In this document: positions 19,569 through 28,399 of the stretch, one piece after another
Numbering within the stretch: the first letter of the stretch is position 1
How the letters are laid out: each line of letters begins with the position of its first letter
Position numbers and translations under genes: made by a program
Sequence record: DRR723986_1309
Length of the DNA: 43,524 nt
Direction: 5' to 3' (one strand)
The notes under the pieces: model-generated
The model's input: only the letters and a program-made list of their open reading frames with translations
What the model was told of the DNA's origin: nothing
Databases searched by the model: none

Positions 19569-20348
19569 ATGCAAAACGCACTGGATTTTACGGGTAAAGT
19601 CGTCATCGTTACCGGCGGCGGGAAAGGTGTTGGCCGCGGTATCAGCGAACGGTTTTTGGCTGCCGGGGCAGACGTAGCGATCTGCGGTCGCAGTGAGCCC
19701 GACAGCCTACCCAGTGCTGAGGGTCGGGAAGCGTGGTTCAGCGCGCTGGATGTTCGCGACCCGGACGCGGTCCAGGCCTTTGTCGACAGCGTGAAAGAGA
19801 AATTTGGTCGCATCGACGTGCTGATCAACAACGCTGGCGGCGCCCCCTATGCCGATGCGGCCACCGCCTCGCCACGGTTTTCTGAATCCATCGTGCGTCT
19901 CAATCTGCTCGCGCCACTCTTCTTTGCCCAGGCCTGCAATGCGGTGATGCAGCAGCAGGAAGGCGGCAGCATCGTCAATATTGCCTCAGTGAGCGCCCAG
20001 CGCCCGTCGCCGGGTACCGCCGCCTACGGCGCAGCGAAAGCCGGCCTGTTAAACCTGAGTAGCTCCCTAGCCGTGGAATGGGCGCCCAAGGTCCGTAGCA
20101 ACACGATTATTGCCGGCCTGATTCGCACTGAACAGTCCCATTTGCACTACGGCGACGAAGCCGGGATTGCGGCAGTGGGCGAAACGATCCCACTGGGACG
20201 AATGGCGGTTCCCAACGATATTGCCGAGGCCTGTTTATTCCTGGCCAGTGACATGGCCAGCTACGTGAGCGGTGCAGCGCTCACCGTGCACGGCGGAGGT
20301 GAAAAGCCCGCGTTTTTGGACGCCGCTAACGCCGACAACGAAAAATAA
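19569..20348 (+). CDS. SDR oxidoreductase, Rv3549c-like (associated with steroid C/D-ring catabolism clusters)
   Basis: TGGGKGVG, NNAGGAPY, RPSPGTAAYGAAKAG, EWAPKVR and VHGGGE; closely parallels M. tuberculosis Rv3549c as recalled. Confidence 0.8.
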   Translation: MQNALDFTGKVVIVTGGGKGVGRGISERFLAAGADVAICGRSEPDSLPSAEGREAWFSALDVRDPDAVQAFVDSVKEKFGRIDVLINNAGGAPYADAATASPRFSESIVRLNLLAPLFFAQACNAVMQQQEGGSIVNIASVSAQRPSPGTAAYGAAKAGLLNLSSSLAVEWAPKVRSNTIIAGLIRTEQSHLHYGDEAGIAAVGETIPLGRMAVPNDIAEACLFLASDMASYVSGAALTVHGGGEKPAFLDAANADNEK

Positions 20349-20362
20349 GTGATGCCTTGAAT

Positions 20363-20382
20363 GGGGCCAGCAGACTGGCCCC
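20363..20382. terminator. Hairpin between convergent SDR and pyk
   Basis: GGGGCCAG-CAGA-CTGGCCCC 8-bp stem in a 37-nt convergent gap. Confidence 0.6.
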
Positions 20383-20385
20383 TGC

Positions 20386-21807
20386 TTACAGCACGCGAAC
20401 GATCTTCATGGTATTGGTGTGGTTATCCACGCCCACCTGGTCACCCATGGTCATAATGATCAAATCACCGGCATCGACATGGCCACCCGCTTTCAGCGTT
20501 TCAATACAGTCGTGCACCGCGGGCGACGGTCCTGCGCTGGATACCGCAAACACCCCGCGATAGAGGCTCACCCGGCGGCAGGTTGCGGCATTGCGGCTAA
20601 ACGCAAAAATCGGAATGCCCGAGGTCAGTCGCGACATTAACAACACCGTTCGCCCGGTTTCGGTTAAGGACACAATGGCCTTCACCCCAACTTGATGGTT
20701 GGCGGCAAACACGGCACTCATTGCCAGGGTTTCTTCAACGGACTCAAAGCTGCGCTCGATCCGGTAACTGGATTTTCGCGCCGAGGGATAGCGTTCCGCC
20801 CCCATACAGTTTCTCGACATGGCTTTAACGGTTTCCAGTGGATACTGGCCCGCAGCCGTTTCGGCAGACAACATCACCGCGTCGGTACCATCGAGCACCG
20901 CATTGGCGACATCAAACACCTCTGCGCGAGTGGGAATGGGATTGCTGATCATCGATTCCATCATCTGGGTGGCGGTGATCACCGGCCGGTTGAGCACCCG
21001 CGCCCGCTTGATAATATGCTTCTGCAAGCCGATCAAGCTGGCGTCACCAATCTCAACCCCCAAGTCGCCACGCGCCACCATCACGCCATCGCAGGCGCGA
21101 ATGAGTGCATCGAGGTGTTCGTCCTCGGCAACCGCTTCGGCGCGTTCAATCTTGCCGATGATCTGCGCGTGGCAACCCGCGCTCTGAAGCTTGTCCCGCG
21201 CATCATTGATATCAGCCGCACTGCTGGGAAAGGAAATGGCAATGAAATCCAGATCCATTTCCGCTGCATGCTTGATATCGGCTAAGTCTTTGTCTGTCAG
21301 TGCCGGCGCCGAAAGGCCACCCCCCAGGCGATTGATTCCCTTTCGCGAGCGCAATATACCGATGCTCTCCGCTCGGCAATGCACCGCTTCGCCCTCCACA
21401 CTTACCACTGATAATTGCAGCCGGCCGTCGTCGATAAGCAAGGTATCACCGGCCGCCACCGAACGGGCAAGCGGTTGGTAATCGACACCGATATGACGCC
21501 CATCGCCCTCGCCATCCGCTAAGCGAGTATCGAGAATAAGCTCGTCGCCCGGCGCGACATCAATGGCATCGACGGCAAGTGTGCGCAGACGGATTTTTGG
21601 CCCCTGTAGATCGCCAAGCACTGCGACGTAGCGGTCTTCTTCGGCAGAGATTTCCCGAATCATCTGACAGCGCGCCTTGTGCTCCTCGGCACTGCCATGG
21701 GAAAAATTTAAGCGGAATACGTTCACGCCCGCGGATATCATTGCTCGCAAGAGCGCTTCTGAATCGCAGGCGGGACCGACAGTGGCTACGATTTTGGTAC
21801 GACGCAT
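20386..21807 (-). CDS. pyk: Pyruvate kinase (PykA-type)
   Basis: RRTKIVATVGPA, RLNFSHG, DLQGPKIR, MVARGDLGVE, TATQMMESM and DGTDAVMLS motifs. Confidence 0.97.
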   Translation of the reverse strand: MRRTKIVATVGPACDSEALLRAMISAGVNVFRLNFSHGSAEEHKARCQMIREISAEEDRYVAVLGDLQGPKIRLRTLAVDAIDVAPGDELILDTRLADGEGDGRHIGVDYQPLARSVAAGDTLLIDDGRLQLSVVSVEGEAVHCRAESIGILRSRKGINRLGGGLSAPALTDKDLADIKHAAEMDLDFIAISFPSSAADINDARDKLQSAGCHAQIIGKIERAEAVAEDEHLDALIRACDGVMVARGDLGVEIGDASLIGLQKHIIKRARVLNRPVITATQMMESMISNPIPTRAEVFDVANAVLDGTDAVMLSAETAAGQYPLETVKAMSRNCMGAERYPSARKSSYRIERSFESVEETLAMSAVFAANHQVGVKAIVSLTETGRTVLLMSRLTSGIPIFAFSRNAATCRRVSLYRGVFAVSSAGPSPAVHDCIETLKAGGHVDAGDLIIMTMGDQVGVDNHTNTMKIVRVL

Positions 21808-21905
21808 GGTGATCTCTTTACACTCCCTGAAACGGCTAAGTTGCCGCTCACCATGTTACACCGCCGAAGATTGCGGTTCGACGTCAGGAGAGAATATTTC
21901 TGGCG

Positions 21906-22763
21906 CTACTCAAGCACCGATGCTTCGCGACCACCATAGACCGGACCAACAGCGGAGTCGTGGACACCCCCTCTCAGCAAAATAACCTCAACACGGCGGT
22001 TGCGCGCTCGCCCTTCCGCCGTGCTGTTGGTATCTAAGGGTCGGGTATCGGCGTGCCCGGCTAAGCGGAAATGCTCGGCCGGCTGGCCACTGCGCTCTGC
22101 GATACTCTCCAGCACCGTTGCGGCTCGCGCGGAAGACAGGTCCCAATTTGAGCGGAAGCGCGAGGTGCTGATTGGCAGATTGTCGGTGTGGCCGGCAATC
22201 ACCACGTGGCCGCCAATATCCCCCACCAACTCGGCGATTTTATTGATCACCGGTTTAAAGTCATTGTTGAGCTCGGCACTGCCGGAGGGAAACGAGCCCA
22301 TCTCCTTGATGCGGATCGTAATCACCCGCTCCCCGTCATCATCAACCTCCACAAAGCCATCGCGAATCTCGATATCCAAGTGGCGTTTTACCTTTTGCAG
22401 ATCAGCCTCCAGCTCCTCTTTGCTAATCCGCTCGGATTCATCAATTGCCATTTCAGCGTAGATACGCATCTCATTGACGGCTTGTTGACGAACTTGGTTT
22501 TCGACGGTTGGCGTTGGCCGACCGGGGCTAAAGTCTCGCGCGATAATACTGGTACCAATCGGTGGCTTAAAGGCGGGAACCTCCCGCTGAACCCCGAAGG
22601 CATCGCGCATAGAGCCCGACAGTTCTTTGAATTTCTGCTTGTCCATCTCGGAGAATGAGAACAACAGAACGAAAAAAGCCAGCAGCAAGGACATTAAGTC
22701 TGCAAAGGTTAGTACCCAGGCGGGCGCTCCGGCCGCCGCTTTTTTCTCGGGGACGTCTTCCAC
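21906..22763 (-). CDS. pomB: Flagellar stator B subunit (PomB/MotB) with OmpA-like peptidoglycan-binding domain
   Basis: WVLTFADLMSLLLAFFVLLFSFSEMD TM; GHTD, NWDLSSARA and NRRVE motifs. Confidence 0.88.
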   Translation of the reverse strand: MEDVPEKKAAAGAPAWVLTFADLMSLLLAFFVLLFSFSEMDKQKFKELSGSMRDAFGVQREVPAFKPPIGTSIIARDFSPGRPTPTVENQVRQQAVNEMRIYAEMAIDESERISKEELEADLQKVKRHLDIEIRDGFVEVDDDGERVITIRIKEMGSFPSGSAELNNDFKPVINKIAELVGDIGGHVVIAGHTDNLPISTSRFRSNWDLSSARAATVLESIAERSGQPAEHFRLAGHADTRPLDTNSTAEGRARNRRVEVILLRGGVHDSAVGPVYGGREASVLE

Positions 22764-23533
22764 TAGGCTTCCTCAGCCTTTTCTTCTTTATCGCGGGCAT
22801 TGTCGGGCAGATAGGTCGACAGCAGTGATTCGAGCACCCGCGGGTTCAAGCCCTCTTGTATGCCGTCAACCGCCTCCAGTATCAGGTGGCGATTGCGACG
22901 CTCTTCCTGGGTACGGAAATTCAGCTTATCCGCCATTGGCAGCGCAACAGCATTCGCCAGCACTGCACCATACAGGGTAGTAAGCAGCGCAACCGCCATC
23001 GCTGGCCCGATCGCCTTAGGATCAGACATATTGGACATCATCTGCACCAAGCCGACGAGGGTACCGATCATGCCCATTGCCGGCGCGGAGTCCCCGAAGC
23101 CACGGAAGACCGCCTCACCCATTTCCTGACGCTCAATCGTCAGATTGATTTCTTTGTTTAATAAGCGCTTAACAAAGGCGGGGTCGTGACCGTCAATGGC
23201 CATCTGCACACCTTTATTGAGGAATTCATTGGTAATTTCCTGCGACTCCAGACCCAGCAGCCCCTCTTTACGCGCGATACCCGCCAGTTCAACGCACTCG
23301 TTAATTAGCTGTGATGAGCTGGTTGGCTTGTGAAAGAAGGCGCGCGAGGCAACCTTGAAGGCGCCGAGGGTTTGATCCAGCGGAAATTTCACCAGATTGG
23401 CAAATGTTCCGCCGCCCACTACGATCAACAGGCTGGGGATATCGACGAAGCCACCGGCACTGCCGCCAAAAACAATGGCCGCAATAATCACGCCCAATGC
23501 GCCAAACATTCCCAGCAGGGTTGCTATATCCAA
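22763..23533 (-). CDS. pomA: Flagellar stator A subunit, PomA-like (Na+-type)
   Basis: MDIATLLG start (TTG behind GGAG), ARKEGLLGLE, APAMGMIGTLVGLV and IGPAMAVALLTTLYG; Vibrio PomA-like. Confidence 0.88.
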   Translation of the reverse strand: MDIATLLGMFGALGVIIAAIVFGGSAGGFVDIPSLLIVVGGGTFANLVKFPLDQTLGAFKVASRAFFHKPTSSSQLINECVELAGIARKEGLLGLESQEITNEFLNKGVQMAIDGHDPAFVKRLLNKEINLTIERQEMGEAVFRGFGDSAPAMGMIGTLVGLVQMMSNMSDPKAIGPAMAVALLTTLYGAVLANAVALPMADKLNFRTQEERRNRHLILEAVDGIQEGLNPRVLESLLSTYLPDNARDKEEKAEEA

Positions 23534-23701
23534 GATATTTCTCCGCTATACAGACTCTGCCAATTCGACCTGACAGCTGGCCCCTTAATGCATATATCGG
23601 CGGCAGCCAGAAGACCTTTAGAGGTTTTGCACAGCTTGCGACTGCAGGCGGAGATTTTCTATACGGGTTTGCCCTTGCCAAATTAAGGGCCAGAAAGCAG
23701 A

Positions 23702-23723
23702 AAGCCCGGCAAATGCCGGGCTT
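23702..23723 (-). terminator. Intrinsic terminator of kshA-hsaC-hsaA
   Basis: AAGCCCGGCA/TGCCGGGCTT stem followed on the minus strand by TCTGCTTTCT. Confidence 0.75.
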
Positions 23724-23750
23724 GTCGATAGGAGTAAAACTTTGCGACGC

Positions 23751-24902
23751 TTAAATGAAGAAGTCGCCGTTTTCCATACCCAGAGCAACGCCGCCGAAGT
23801 TACGGCCAAAGCCGGTGGGGTTATTAGCAACGTGGGCACGGGCGGTGTGCACATCACGGAAACGCTGCTGAATTTCACTGTTATTGAATACCGAGTGACC
23901 ACCGGCCACTTCAAACAGTGAATCGACAATATCGATGCTCTTGCTGATAACCAGAGACGCCTGGTAGCGATAGCGAACACGGTCTTCCAGAGGAATCTCT
24001 TCGCCGCGCTCAATTTGCGCCAACATCACATCGAAGTTACGGAAGAGAATGGTCTCCATCTCGTCGATACCGTTTAGGGCCGCCGCAATACGCTCTACCA
24101 CCTGGGTGTCGCCCGCGAGCTTAGTGGGGTCACCACTGGCTTTGTTCAACACCGCGTGCTTGTAGAGCTCCACGGTCGCCTTACAGGCACCGATAGCCGG
24201 GGTCGAGACAACGCGAATAAAGCTCTGCGCCCAAGGCAGGCGGTATAAGGGCGCGTCGTTCACAGCCAAACCGGGGTTTGTTCCCGCGAAGCCGTCGCTT
24301 TGCTTGTGGGTCATGTAGTCGGGCACAAATACATCGTCTACCACGATGTCGTTGCTGCCGGTGCCTTCCAAGCCCATCGACTGCCAAGTATCGATAATTT
24401 CGTAGTCGCTGCGCGGCACCAAGAAAGTACGGTAGCCCTCGCCCGGTACGATTGCGCCCAGCAGCACCCAGGTGCAGTGGTCGCTACCACTTGACCAGCC
24501 CCAACGACCGCTGAGTTTAAAACCGCCTTCGGTGGGCGTCACTTTACCCATCGGCGCATAGGAGGAAGAAATACGTGTATGGATCGAGTCGTTCCACACG
24601 GCCTGCTGCGCGCGGTCATCCATCATCGCCAATTGCACGGCGTGAACCGCGATAATGCCACTGGCCCATGCCGTCGACATACACGCCTCGGCAATGGCGA
24701 TTTGCAGTTTAAAGAATTCTTGCGGCTTCATTTCCAAGCCGCCGTAGCGCTTGGGCTGCAAGCTCAGGAAAAAGCCCGCATCTTGCAGGGCATCAATCGA
24801 GGCCTGAGGCACTTTACGTTCTTGGCGCGTTTGCGGTGCACGCTCACGAAATACTGGCTGCAACTCTTTGATTGCAGCCATCATGGTTTCAAAATTCATC
24901 AC
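23751..24902 (-). CDS. hsaA: Flavin-dependent monooxygenase oxygenase subunit, 3-HSA 4-hydroxylase-like
   Basis: Acyl-CoA-dehydrogenase-fold monooxygenase; ISSSYAPMG, WSSGSDHCTW, GTGSND and QQRFRDVHTARAHVAN; clustered with kshA and hsaC. Confidence 0.87.
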   Translation of the reverse strand: MMNFETMMAAIKELQPVFRERAPQTRQERKVPQASIDALQDAGFFLSLQPKRYGGLEMKPQEFFKLQIAIAEACMSTAWASGIIAVHAVQLAMMDDRAQQAVWNDSIHTRISSSYAPMGKVTPTEGGFKLSGRWGWSSGSDHCTWVLLGAIVPGEGYRTFLVPRSDYEIIDTWQSMGLEGTGSNDIVVDDVFVPDYMTHKQSDGFAGTNPGLAVNDAPLYRLPWAQSFIRVVSTPAIGACKATVELYKHAVLNKASGDPTKLAGDTQVVERIAAALNGIDEMETILFRNFDVMLAQIERGEEIPLEDRVRYRYQASLVISKSIDIVDSLFEVAGGHSVFNNSEIQQRFRDVHTARAHVANNPTGFGRNFGGVALGMENGDFFI

Positions 24903-24992
24903 CGCTCTCCTGTTGTATTCTGTCTTTGATCTTATGATTTACCGCCCACTACCTCATTACGCGGTGCAGCGGGCAAAGGATTTTACCGGGCT

Positions 24993-25904
24993 TTAGGCGT
25001 CAGGCATGTTGAACTTGTGCCCCCAGAGGCTGGGCAGCGATGTCACGGTTGGCGTGAAATCGTCCCAATCCACCTGCAAACCACCGGTGCCAAACTCCAT
25101 GGCAAAGCCTGTTGGCGTTGCCATGTAGAACGACAGCATCCGGTCATTAGTATGGCGCCCCAGGGTCGAAACAATGGGAATTCCCGCTGCTTCTACGCGA
25201 TCCAGGCAGTAACCCACTTCATCAGTGTCTTTAACTTCCAGCATAAGGTGAACACAGCCCAACGGGTTGCTGCTGTCTTCGTATAGCGCAAGACTGTGGT
25301 GACGCGGGTTGTTCACGTGCATAAAGTTCAAGCCCTGACCGGGGTCATTGGGGTCTGGCGAGAAGTGAAAGTGCATGTAGTCACTGTCACCAAAGCCGAG
25401 CACGTCTTTGTAGAACGTGTGCGTTTCGCTGAGCTTAGCTGCCGGCAGCACGGCATGCCCCAAGCCCATGTCGCCATTGAAACCCGTTTCAAAGCCACTG
25501 ATACCCAGTGGTGAAACAAATTTGGCAAAGTCCAGTTCACCGCCCCAATAGAGTTCCAGCTCGTTACCCGAGGGGTCTTTCAATACGATCAATTCGCGCA
25601 CACGCCGCGCCTTGGCATCGTCGCTGCTGCCCTCTTCAAAGGCAACTCCCGCCTCGGTCAAGCGCTGCTTAGCATCGGCAAAGTCTTGCGCATCACGCAG
25701 TTCCCAGCCACAGCGGCTCAGTCGCTCCGCGTCACCTTTGACAATGGCAAAGCGAAACGGACGCTCATCTATTTTCAAGTAAACATTGCCGTCGTCCGGC
25801 ATATTCGGCGCAGGCATCAGGCCGAGAATGTCCCGACCGTACTCCAACCACTTCGACGGCTCTGCCGACTCGATTACGACGTAGCCTAAACTGCGTACAT
25901 CCAT
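24993..25904 (-). CDS. hsaC: Extradiol ring-cleavage dioxygenase, 3,4-DHSA dioxygenase (HsaC/TesB-like)
   Basis: VOC fold; GLGHAVL, NPRHHSLAL, HLMLEV, LGRHTND.MLSFY and EFG metal-ligand motifs. Confidence 0.88.
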   Translation of the reverse strand: MDVRSLGYVVIESAEPSKWLEYGRDILGLMPAPNMPDDGNVYLKIDERPFRFAIVKGDAERLSRCGWELRDAQDFADAKQRLTEAGVAFEEGSSDDAKARRVRELIVLKDPSGNELELYWGGELDFAKFVSPLGISGFETGFNGDMGLGHAVLPAAKLSETHTFYKDVLGFGDSDYMHFHFSPDPNDPGQGLNFMHVNNPRHHSLALYEDSSNPLGCVHLMLEVKDTDEVGYCLDRVEAAGIPIVSTLGRHTNDRMLSFYMATPTGFAMEFGTGGLQVDWDDFTPTVTSLPSLWGHKFNMPDA

Positions 25905-25950
25905 GCGTTTATCCTGTGTTATCGATTATTAAATTCGCTGCACAATGCCA

Positions 25951-27015
25951 TTAGCCATTGCGAATGGCGTAATCCACTGTGTACTCACGGCGCTCGTTAA
26001 AGACCTCAGGCACATCCGCACGATCCACGTAGAACTGGTTGTACCACTGACGCAGGCGATTGATTGGGCCGTCGCCGTCACACAATACCGGGTTATCAAC
26101 GCGGGTTTTGGTGTGCCAGATATGTACATCCTGGAAGAACGCCGTCCGGTTCTGCTCCGTGTACTGACGTGCCATCTCGTTGTTCTGCTCGTCACTCATA
26201 CCCGGGATTTTCTTAACCGCGACACCAAACCGCAGGTCAAAGCTATTTTGGTCGATGGGAACATGGGTCACCAGCAAGCGCGACTCCACGTCCATACCCT
26301 CTACCTGGCCGGTCATGTACGTGTTCATGTATGCCGGACCGAAGTATTTGGCACTGGAGGTTAGCTCGCCATCTTCCGCCAACAGCTCGCTGCCGCCGAC
26401 CAAGACTTGTTCATAGGTATGCTTGTGAACAATGTTCTTGAACTCTTTGATAGGCGCGCCGTGAATCGGCCCAAAATGCGCCACATCTGCCATGTTATCC
26501 ACCAGCTCGCGGCTGTTGGTATTGATGGTCATCAGATCCATTTGCCAGATCGTCCAGTCCGGACTGAACAGGTCATCGATGCGCGGCGGGCGCTGGTCTT
26601 CGATAGGAGGCAGCCCCTCTGGGTCGTACCACATGAATAACAGGTGATTCTCTTCCAGCGTTGGATAGCTGCGGATAACCGCTTTCGGGGGAATGCGCTT
26701 GGCGTAGGGGATCTCATCGCACACACCATCGGCGCCCCAGCGCCAGGAGTGGAATGGGCAACGAATGGAGTTACCCTCCACGCAACCTTCGCTCAAGTCT
26801 GCCCCCATGTGAGGGCAGTAGCCGTCGAGAATATGGACTTGACCATCTTCCCCGCGATACGCAACCATGCGGGTGCCAAAGTAGTTTAGCTTGACCGGCT
26901 TTTCATCGTATTCGCTGGCCAGCCCTAAACAATACCATCCCCGCCCATAGCGGTCTGGCAGTTCCTTAGCTTCGATAATATGGGGCTGACGCGGTGCCTG
27001 CGCGGGCTCGCTCAT
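25951..27015 (-). CDS. kshA: 3-ketosteroid 9-alpha-hydroxylase, Rieske oxygenase subunit
   Basis: RGWYCLG, CPHMGADLS, CPFHSW, DNMADVAHFGPIH, QDVHIW and DGDGPINRLRQWY motifs. Confidence 0.92.
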   Translation of the reverse strand: MSEPAQAPRQPHIIEAKELPDRYGRGWYCLGLASEYDEKPVKLNYFGTRMVAYRGEDGQVHILDGYCPHMGADLSEGCVEGNSIRCPFHSWRWGADGVCDEIPYAKRIPPKAVIRSYPTLEENHLLFMWYDPEGLPPIEDQRPPRIDDLFSPDWTIWQMDLMTINTNSRELVDNMADVAHFGPIHGAPIKEFKNIVHKHTYEQVLVGGSELLAEDGELTSSAKYFGPAYMNTYMTGQVEGMDVESRLLVTHVPIDQNSFDLRFGVAVKKIPGMSDEQNNEMARQYTEQNRTAFFQDVHIWHTKTRVDNPVLCDGDGPINRLRQWYNQFYVDRADVPEVFNERREYTVDYAIRNG

Positions 27016-27074
27016 TTTTCTCTCCTCGGTTATTCGGCAGACCCTCTGGCCGGGGCCCTGCTATCACGGTGAAA

Positions 27075-27120
27075 ATTCTCACACAGCCAAGGCAAGCCTT
27101 CTATAATCCGTTTAGACGAC
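27075..27120 (-). promoter_or_regulatory. kshA promoter: candidate activator box plus extended -10
   Basis: GTCGTCTAAACGGATTAT (27120-27103) and TGT-GAGAAT (-10 at 27080-27075); box centre about -43.5. Confidence 0.5.
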
Positions 27121-27298
27121 CAAAAAAATATCACAACACACTGTTTTTATTAGATTTTTCTCCATTTTTCAGTATTGTTTAACCACCGTTTAACAACGCC
27201 ACAAGATGGTGCATCAGGCTAGGTTAAAACCCTTACTGGAATTCTCGCCCGACGCGCTACAATATTGCCATTCTGTTTCTGTGCAGCGGGAATCTCTG

Positions 27299-28234
27299 AT
27301 GAAAGCGCCCGGAAAACCCCACAACGAAGAGAAGCGTTTGGCCGCGCTCTCATTGCTCAATATCCTCGACACACCAGCGGAAGAGCGCTTTGATCGCCTG
27401 ACCCGACTGGCGTGCAAAATGCTTAACACCCCCGTTGCTCTGGTCAGCCTGGTCGCCGACGACCGACAGTGGTTCAAATCCAGCGCCGGACTCGAGGGCG
27501 TGGAGGAAACACCCCGCGATATTTCGTTCTGTGGTCACACCATTTTGCAAGATGGCGTGCTCATCGTGAACGACACCCTCAAAGACGAGCGCTTTGTCGA
27601 TAACCCGCTGGTGGTACACGCACCCAATATCCGCTTTTATGCCGCCTTTCCCCTGTACGCGGTAACTGGCGAGCGGCTGGGCGCTTTCTGCGTCGTCGAT
27701 CAACAGCCTCGGGACTTGTCCAGCGATGAAATTGAAACCCTCGAGGACCTTGCCCGAATTGCCGAGCGCGAACTTTGCGCAAGCTACCTGGCGACGACGG
27801 ATGAAACGACCGGGCTGTGCAACCGCTCGGGCTTTGAATTGCTCGCTGATAAACTAATGCACGCCTGTGCCCGCAGCGACGTGCCGATCAGCGCCGTCTT
27901 TTTCCGCCTAACCGCCCCCATCGACAGCGATGACGGCACGCTGACACCCGATGTCATTTCCTTGTTTTCGCAAAAACTGGCTGCGGCCTGTCGCGAAGCG
28001 GACTTGGTTGCTCGCATCGACGATCAGCACTTTGGCTGCCTTCTCAACGATTGCCCCTACGAACAGGTGGCGCACTTCATGCGACGCATCGAATACGACG
28101 TGGAGCAACTGAATCGCGAACAACTCGATAAACCCATGGCGATGCAAAGCAGTTGGCTTGCCTATAATCCGGTCGCCCATCACTCTGTCGGTACGCTGGT
28201 GCAACAGGGCACAGAGTTGCTGGACGTCGCGTAG
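27299..28234 (+). CDS. GAF sensor fused to degenerate GGDEF domain
   Basis: EEKRLAAL..LNILDT.AEERFDRLTRLA…SFCGHTI…IRFYA GAF pattern; DETTGLCNR; READLVARIDDQHF in place of GGDEF; ATG 27299 preferred over 27206. Confidence 0.85.
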   Translation: MKAPGKPHNEEKRLAALSLLNILDTPAEERFDRLTRLACKMLNTPVALVSLVADDRQWFKSSAGLEGVEETPRDISFCGHTILQDGVLIVNDTLKDERFVDNPLVVHAPNIRFYAAFPLYAVTGERLGAFCVVDQQPRDLSSDEIETLEDLARIAERELCASYLATTDETTGLCNRSGFELLADKLMHACARSDVPISAVFFRLTAPIDSDDGTLTPDVISLFSQKLAAACREADLVARIDDQHFGCLLNDCPYEQVAHFMRRIEYDVEQLNREQLDKPMAMQSSWLAYNPVAHHSVGTLVQQGTELLDVA

Positions 28235-28399
28235 GCCCGCCACATCCCCCCTCCTCTTGGCCGCGTAGCGTCCCCTTGAGCGGCGATTCTTTACCCGCGT
28301 TGCCTATGCGCCTACGGCCGCCAATAAGCACAAGAATCAGCTCGACCGGTACGATAGAAGCGTTATGCTTGTCTCAAGCTCGCATAAAGGAAACCCATC

